A stretch of 62,097 nucleotides of DNA, counting the filler, from Choristocarpus tenellus KU-1152 (taxonomy: Eukaryota > Protista > Phaeophyceae): assembly GCA_964200185.2 (NCBI GenBank). It is 14 parts of 14 records of this genome, joined end to end, with 100 filler letters (N's around TTAATTAATTAA, not from the genome) between each part and the next. Parts side by side here need not be neighbours in the genome. Positions count along the whole stretch, not along the records: positions 54,527 to 57,465 come from CAXNAD020023507.1; positions 57,566 to 62,097 come from CAXNAD020014120.1; 12 more parts are not named here. One strand, given 5' to 3'. Of this stretch, positions 54,589 to 62,097 are shown piece after piece. Below the pieces are notes generated by a model that had not been told where the DNA came from, ran no database searches, and saw nothing but the letters and a program-made list of their open reading frames with translations. The number at the start of each line of letters is the position of its first letter. Positions within the stretch are counted from its first letter, which is position 1. The translations under genes and the position numbers were made by a program.

Positions 54589-56813
54589 GCTTAGCTAACT
54601 TGTCCAAGAAACGTTCTAGTTGTTTTCCAAGGTGCCCAAAACTCTACACCACGAAATTGTTGAGATTATTATTATTTTTATTCTTCAAATTTGATTATTT
54701 TTCATATCACCATACATTTATTGCCGTGCCGTGTGCCATATACCGCCATACTGTTTGATGTTCCTTGTCAGGAATCCTTGATTCCAGCGGAGGATCTCCC
54801 ATAAGACCGAACCATGGAATCTCTTCAAGAGACCAGTCCCATAGGTGGTGGACTTCTCTTCATTCAGAGATGTACCGAGCATCACGGATTTCCTTTGACG
54901 TCACATCTTGTCCTCTGATGACCCACATATATCATGAGATCCTCCCCACTCTGTATCCCTTGCACTTGTCCAACCTTAAACCTTGTTGTCTTGGTTACGG
55001 TTTGTTTAGGTCTATCTGTTTCGTCTTGCCCGGTGATTCTCTTCACCACCCTTACCAGAGCGAACCACGCTGCCATAGACAAGAATTACACGATTCACAC
55101 AAAGCATTTTTACATACGTATGTTGAGAGTTTTTGCGTGTTTGTTTTTGACGCGCGCATAATAGTAACCCTGGACGGGTTTAGCGAAACTGCGTTATGGA
55201 AATGACATGGGATCAGAACACCACTTTCAGTTTATATTTTTACGTTGATAGATTGGAGGATCAAGGAAAGACAGTTCTTTGAGGTGAGGGAATAATCTGA
55301 AATATTTGTCTGGGTAGAAGCATCAGTTGTATGTATAGATGTAAAATACATGAGGTTACACTTCATAACTATGTGATATACGCAGTCTAGGGACTCGTCA
55401 TACTCGAGAGCAAACCTTTCTCCACGCGCACGTGATGTACACGTCCACTTTTCATTGTTAGTAAACAAGAAAAGAACCAAATAATGTATCAAAAGAACCG
55501 AAAATGGGAGAGGATTTCCACACTGCGCGCGAGGCGTTTAAAACTATTGTATGTTGAATTCTCTGTACCAGTCAAGGAACTTTTATACATGGTACTTGCT
55601 TCCACCTGACAAACCTCACATCTCAGCCAGGTGTTGCTGATGATGTGGTCCTTTTTTGCGTTTTTATTCAGGGTCTTGAGACCTTGGTGATTACTCGTTT
55701 GTGAAGGGGGGTAACGTTGAGTCCATGATGTAATTGTAAGAAGAATCAATTATAGTTTACACATTGGGGACCTCTTCTTTGGTGGGTCTTGGCCTAGCTT
55801 TCTTTGTCAGGCCGGGGTTCCATCACACCTGCTGCTTAGTGGGTAGTTCTGTTTTCGCGCAGATGTACAATTCTTCGGAAAGTTTTTGTTTGCGCGTTTT
55901 AGACGTGGGGGTATTAGCGATCCCAAGAAGATTGAGGGACCACCTGATGGGCGAGTGGACCTGTTTTTGCGCCGACACACGACCACAGGGAAAGTTCTTG
56001 TATATGGAGTTTAGAAGCGCAGGTATTAGCACCCAAAACGAGAGGAGGAGGGTACAAGTGCTTGCCTTTGCTTCCATCTTTTGCCACGCACGGGGCAGAC
56101 ACAAGTATGTCTCAGGGATATTCGACTTGGTTTGCACTTCGTACTTGGCAACCGATGTTCATTACCCGGTGAATCAAACTAAACGAGAGGTACCCACCTT
56201 TTGGCGGTTGGCATTATAGGTCATTTTTTTTTAATCTTTTCTAACTCACACACATATTTCTATGGATGAAGTCCTAAGTTTGACTCGAGAGGGTTGATTT
56301 CTCTATTATTCTAAAAAACTTTTCTACACAAAATTCGGAAAATATTCTATCGCACTCGTAAAAAATGCCGAATTTTGCACGTATCTGCCGGCATCCTTAA
56401 ATTACAACTCTGTGTACCTATCGTTTATTTAGACTCGCTCTGGCACTCTTTGACAAGGGGGGACTGTGCCTGGGTATTAGTGATGAGCTATGCCTGGGTA
56501 GATATGGTAAGCTGACTATGGTTGCTTGTACAAAACTTGATCAAGTTAATTGTGCACATGTGTAGCCTAGCAGACATGGTTCTCCACCTGCACCAACAGG
56601 AATGTCAAAGGGAGGGGACTGTGCCTGATTAGCAGGGATTTGCTGCGCTTGGGTAGAAGGTTCAGACTGTGTCAGAGGGATCAATCACTACCTGTGTCCA
56701 AATTTTGATATTGAGCTAGAACGTGTATGTTGTGTAGCTGCGGGTCTGTGCGCAACTTTGAAGGTGCCAAACAGAAAATGAAGTAATTTGTAACAGAGGC
56801 ATCACAGGCCAGA

Positions 56814-57071
56814 GAGCTAAAGTGTCTTAGAGGGTAGAGCTTCGTCCATTCGGGGTCCAAAATCCAATTCGGCGATTTTGATGTAATTTTGGCTGTTGTG
56901 TTTGTTAGGAAGTGTCAATATCCAAGTTCCCGACACACTTTTCATAATGTATAAATTTTACCTACTCCGAAATATTTTGGAGTAGGAAAATGCTACAAAA
57001 AAAAACATGGGAAGCCAAGCCCCAAATGGACAAACAGGGCAAAACTCGTACCCTCTGAGATACTTCCACTC
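56814..57071. mobile_element. MITE family A, full copy with AGA TSD
   Basis: AGA|GAGCTAAAGTGTCTTAGAGGGTA...TACCCTCTGAGATACTTCCACTC|AGA. Confidence 0.92.
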
Positions 57072-57183
57072 AGAGTCCTTCTGGATAGGATCAAACCAAA
57101 ACACGTTCATTCTGAGTCAACCAACCTATCAAGAGAAGGTCTAACAATAAATGGTTTGTGTGGAACAGGTGCAGGGGAGGGTG

Positions 57184-57323
57184 TGTTACAAGCGAATAGC
57201 GCGAGCATTTCCTCCCATGTTTTAGCAAACGCGAACATTTGTGACAGACGTAAAGTGTGAGTATTGTTTCTCGCGTTCTAACAAGTGCGAACAATATACG
57301 ATATTAGACATAGGTAGCCTTAC
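57184..57323 (+). mobile_element. Gypsy LTR fragment or solo LTR
   Basis: TGTTACAAGCGAATAGCGCGAGCATTTCCTCCCATGTTTTAGCAAACGCGAACA matches the LTR start at 45719-45666 (minus) but lacks the PPT. Right end uncertain. Confidence 0.65.
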
Positions 57324-58539
57324 AGAATAAATGATGATTTGATAAGGAGATGCAGCGTAAGATGTGAAATTCAAACATAATCTTACAGAACAGATGGGCC
57401 AAAGTATCTGGGGGGGGGTGTCGGCGTCCGTTTTCACCCTTTTTTCGATTTTCAATTTTTTGGTGNNNNNNNNNNNNNNNNNNNNNNNNNNNNNNNNNNN
57501 NNNNNNNNNTTAATTAATTAANNNNNNNNNNNNNNNNNNNNNNNNNNNNNNNNNNNNNNNNNNNNGTTATAACTACGAGGATCAAAGGAGCCCTCCTAGT
57601 GGGTACGCTTTCACACCTCAGCTACATTTTGCAGATGTGTCAGGGGGAAACCAATGAAAAGTATGAGTATATATCATTCTATTCTCTAATATTGAGGTAT
57701 CCAACAAGATCACCTTTGCAATATCCATAATACTCACTCCAACATAGCGCTGAATCAGTTTATCGATTAGCGACAACCTCCTCCAACATTTTCGATCAAT
57801 AAAAGAAGAATAAAGTGTCTAAATGGAATAATTCGAAGATGACTATGTACCCGTAACTGACCTCATTCTCTTACTCCACCTATATAATCTACCCTAACGT
57901 AAGGAATTGTTTTCATATATAGGAAAAACTTAAGGGTAAATTTCACAAAGAGAAATTGTCCATTACACTCATCCCCCACCTCGAGTCATTTACTCGTTGA
58001 ACAAGGCACAACGAGCAGCAAGACAAGCAAGGTAGAACATCTAACCAACTTTGCACCTCCATTCACGGGAAAGACGAGAACCATCGAATCTTACACGTGG
58101 GGTGGACACTCCAGGGCCGTCACGAGACCTTACCAACACAGGGGTTCGAATCGGCGACTCTCAAAGCGCACATCCCCTAATGCCGAAAAGGTATGGCTCA
58201 CCCCCCATCACCACTTCCCATACGCCCATTCAATTTGGGGCCCACTAAAAATACGGGAATAGTTCTTCAATGATGCGTAGGAAACAAGAGAAGAATTTCC
58301 TCACCGTAGTATACGACATTGAACCAATATCCTAAAAAGAGAAAAGCGACGACACGCCATTAGTCGTCATCATTAAAGCGTCACATATTATAGCAAATCC
58401 GTAGGGTTAGGGTCCATTCCTTTGAACAAGACCCTAACACTAAACCCCCACAGCAGATATCAATTATCCCGACTCAAACACACCCAACCTTTCTTTATCA
58501 GCCACACATTATTCATGAGCTTCAGATTTCATTGGGAGA

Positions 58540-58950
58540 CTTGACGTAATTTATTTTTCATCAAACACACACCCAATGAACTTTTTTTCTTAATCGTCGA
58601 TATACTGTCTAAAAATAACAATTCAAGAGGTCAAACGTTGTTTGTTTTCGTCAAACACGCACCCAATACACATTCTTTCTAAACCGTCGATCGACAGTCT
58701 AAAAATAACAATTCGAAAGACCAGACGTCATTTTTTTTATCGTCAAAAACAACCCCAATACACATATCCTTTCCTCCAACTCCATTGACGAAATACAAAT
58801 TTAGAAGCACGTTTACCCTTCGCACCCATATTACACATCCTATTTTTTCGTGATTTTTGGAAGAAAAAGAGCAATTCGGCAGGTCATACGTTATTTTCTA
58901 AATATCAAAAACAACCCCTATTCACATATCCTTTTCTTCAGACTATTGAA
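58540..58950. repeat. ~90-bp degenerate tandem repeat, 3-4 copies
   Basis: TCAAA(C/A)AC..(A/C)CCCAAT..AC..; CGTCGAT..AC.GTCTAAAAATAACAATTC recurs near 58543, 58634, 58723 and 58885. Confidence 0.75.
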
Positions 58951-59281
58951 CTGGAGGAAATTGTAGCACGTCTATAAACACTTCTATACCTCAAACATGT
59001 TTTTATGGGTAAAGAGCTTACTGTGCGTTCGTCAATGACACATTAAAAATATATTTTTATGGTTCCCGTGCATTGGACGCAATAACAAACACATGATGCT
59101 CATCCCTTCTGAATTACATATTTCATCCAGCATCTCGCCCAGACAACTTACTTCTCTCCACTCTCCTATCCCCCTTTTCACGAATTGGGGGGTTGGGAGA
59201 CCAACCAATAGCAGCACTCTCTGGTCGTGGAAGAAGTAAGAAACAACATCCACCCCTTCATCCAACATACCCTCGTTCTTC

Positions 59282-61022
59282 TTGCCCGTGATTGTTAGGC
59301 TGAAGAAGGACAGGGCAAGGATATTCGACGCGACAAGAGACAGTTCCTTGCAACGGTTCAATGTGCAGCACCCTGAAACACATGTCCTTGCCCTAACCTC
59401 GTGGGAGAACAACAGCACGGCCATGCACCACGACCCGATCACTCCTCACGATTCCGCTGACGGAATGCACTCCTTGGACCCTAACACCAATAAACGGGTG
59501 TGCCACCCTGATGCACTGTGTCAGCAACACGCTCAGAGATAGTGTATTCCAACCACCATAAAGCAAAAGCGCTTATATTCTTCCTACCTGCAACCTGCTC
59601 CTTCACCCTGACACATTGTGTACACTCTCTCCTCGAAATCCACGATCAAACATATACATGACGACATAAACATTCATCCCCTGTATACGTTTATCAGGGT
59701 ACAGATTGGAACCGATGACGAAGTTTACGCAAACTCCAAAGAGAGGTTTGAGATGGAGGCAACACATGGGCCGATACCATGCCTGTCCACGTTTGTGAAG
59801 TGGAGACCCTTCTACATCACCAAGGCAACTCAAAAGTGTGTAGAGAACACAACCGTTTCACATTAATGCTCGAACAGACGTACAACATAGGACCGCGCCA
59901 ACGCTCAACAATTTCCATGTAGTACCTACCCACCAACTCAACTGCGATACACATATTGATCTTTACCCCTTGCCGAGTCATGAAAAAAAAATCGGGACTT
60001 CCCTACCTTATCTCTTGCGTATAATACGCAACGTGCGTTTGTGTTCACCACATGACCAGCGACCTATTGGTACAATGCCTGAAGGGAAAACTTGAACAAA
60101 GTACACTCTCGGACGGCGGTTGGCGACGATGACCAACGCACTTGTGCCTGTACCTGCGACTTATGTGACAAGGGCAAAGGATGTGACTCTCAAGATGTGA
60201 AGACCGCACTCAAGAGCGCTTTCAATATGATGGATTTCCTCCTGTAAGTAATATTATGCTGGTCTGAAGCTTCAACAACGTTCAGCCAACGCTAAACCTC
60301 GACAACATCAATACCATATGCACATACCATCCTCTCCCAAGCACCAACATGCAAAAGAAATGGCTTCTCGCAATCTACTAGTTCTCGTCCATGTTTAACG
60401 TCTGCAACTTGCGCATATATCCCCTTCACACACACAATGCCATATAATGTGTCCAAGTCGGGACGTAAATGACCCCCCCCACCACGATTCCAGTATGACT
60501 GCCCAGGTGTGAGAGGACTATCCTCGAGCCCCTCGGTGAGCAGTCCACGGGTGGTTCAAAAGGTGGTTATAAAACTTCTTGTGTGGATAGAACATGCAAT
60601 TTCTGCAACTGGACATGTGGAAGTGCCCTCGTATGATCAACGCCCACAGTACCACGGTAACATGGAACGAATTTGTCCACGCATACAACCCGATCGTAGA
60701 GCGGGACCTAGAAGGAAAGATCTCCAATGAGATCAAGGTGCGTGTGAGGCGTGGCTATGTAAATAAAAACCCAATAACAACATGTATGTCAATTAGTAAA
60801 ATTCATAATATCCCTATTGTTGTAATATCGGACAGGTTACTGTGGCCCACACTTATTTTTTGGAAATATAAACACCTTCATTCCAACAACACGCCCCCCG
60901 CTAACACTGCACACAACCCTTGTATTCAACTTGCCATGCCTAAGGCACTGTCCTCTCGTCTTGGGCTCGTAACACCCAACAGCACAACGAAGGATGAAAT
61001 AATCGAGAGGATCAAGGCGTAG
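59282..61022 (+). pseudogene. Decayed, apparently spliced DNA transposase, Sola2-like N-terminal/cysteine-rich region; catalytic core not seen
   Basis: Ordered fragments: IRVQIGTDDEVYANSKERF..PCLSTFVKWRPFYITKATQ, ATCVCVHH, RTCACTCDLCDKG, FNMMDFLL, KTSCVDRTCNFC, TVTWNEF, then a SAP/HeH-like LSSRLGL...TKDEIIERIKA. From memory this resembles Sola2 (ELY..FK..S.F..LRP..TCxCxxH..CxxxxCxxC..W). Confidence 0.55.
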
Positions 61023-61543
61023 TACACGGTATTTAGGGCCAGAATCTAATGACTGACGACTTTATCCTCGCTACTTGCATGGCAGGTGAGTTAAACCCTA
61101 TCTCGAGCAGGACAACAACCCAAGAGAATGACGACGAAGACGACACAGGGTGTTCAGACAAGGCCAACACGAAGCGAAAGGTCAGTATGTCGTCATCAGG
61201 ACAAAAGGGATGCGGTGAATACGGTATGTGTGACGATGTATTTGCCTTTTTCTGTACTAATCCCCATCCCACATACTTCAGCAACATCACATAAGGTTTT
61301 TCGCAACAGTAAATATGTTACTTGGTAGGAATGGCTCCCCCTGTTGAAATCTGAATTGAATGCATCGTACATATTAGCAAAATGCGTAGACTACTAGCAC
61401 CGATGTATTTATTATGTTGTAACTGAGGTCATTGATCTCTCAGTCAAGAATGATGCGATGTGAATTCAGTATTCTTTGGTTGCTCAATCCAGAATGATGT
61501 GATGTGAATTCAGTATTCTTTCATGTGATACTCAACGAAAGAA

Positions 61544-61801
61544 GAGTGAAAGTATCTTAGAGATTATGAGTGTCGCCCTGTTTGTCCGTTTGGAGCTTGG
61601 CTTTCCACGGGTTTTTGATGGCTTTTTTCCTACTCCGAAATGTTTCAGAGTAGGTAAAATGTATACATTATGAAAAGGTGTGTCCGAAACAAGGATATTG
61701 ACACTTCCTAACAAACAAGATAACCAAAATTACATCCAAATCGGAACTTTGGATTTTGACCCCTAATGGACGCGGCTCTACCCTCTAAGATACTTTGACT
61801 C
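61544..61801. mobile_element. MITE family A, full copy
   Basis: AGAA|GAGTGAAAGTATCTTAGAG...TACCCTCTAAGATACTTTGACTC|AGAA. Confidence 0.92.
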
Positions 61802-62097
61802 AGAAGCCCATGCTCTGTGGAGAGGCTTGTTACCTTGGCTGGCAAGGGTTTTCGCGGATGGTTTTAACTCTGATTATATTCTATCCATGTGTGCACGAAA
61901 GAAATAATAATCAGCCATCTATGTACAGATATCATCTTCTGCTGATAAGGAGAAAGAGTGAAAGTGAAAGAAAACAAACAACAGAACAACAAAACAACTG
62001 AACAAAATTAAAACAATATGTGATGCAACGCAAGTGACGTACACTATACTATACTATTTGTGTGGAACACAGAGCAGCTGTTCTGTACTAAGGTGTT

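Noticed and set aside
54760-56220. Possible hAT-like transposase remnant (RFALEYD..., YIMDSTLPPF)
   Set aside because: Similarity is too faint to support without a profile search.

Overview
This window is eukaryotic and is not one contiguous locus. It is 14 short contigs joined by artificial 100-bp spacers (N44-TTAATTAATTAA-N44, stops in all six frames), so adjacency across spacers has no biological meaning. Intron-rich genes, scattered TTAGGG motifs and the transposon content suggest a brown alga or related ochrophyte (inference). Spliced host genes traced by hand: a RUS1/DUF647 gene head-to-head with mitochondrial ribosomal protein S29 (DAP3), an mTERF-repeat protein, syntaxin-5, an EF-hand exon, a low-complexity unknown gene, and the 3' half of propionyl-CoA carboxylase beta (PCCB), which has a GC-AG intron. 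There is also an intronless ~500-aa orphan ORF with a signal-peptide-like N-terminus. The rest is mostly transposon-derived: a Ty3/Gypsy integrase with a chromo-like plus Tudor-like tail and its modular 3' UTR family, Copia gag and RT/RNaseH remnants, a DIRS-type tyrosine recombinase remnant and a Stowaway-like MITE. The most interesting signal is a possible DNA-transposon system: a spliced, decayed Sola2-like transposase plus at least two MITE families sharing the terminal core AAAGTATCT, one with a 3-bp target-site duplication confirmed by an empty site in the window. All family assignments come from motif recognition, not database searches.
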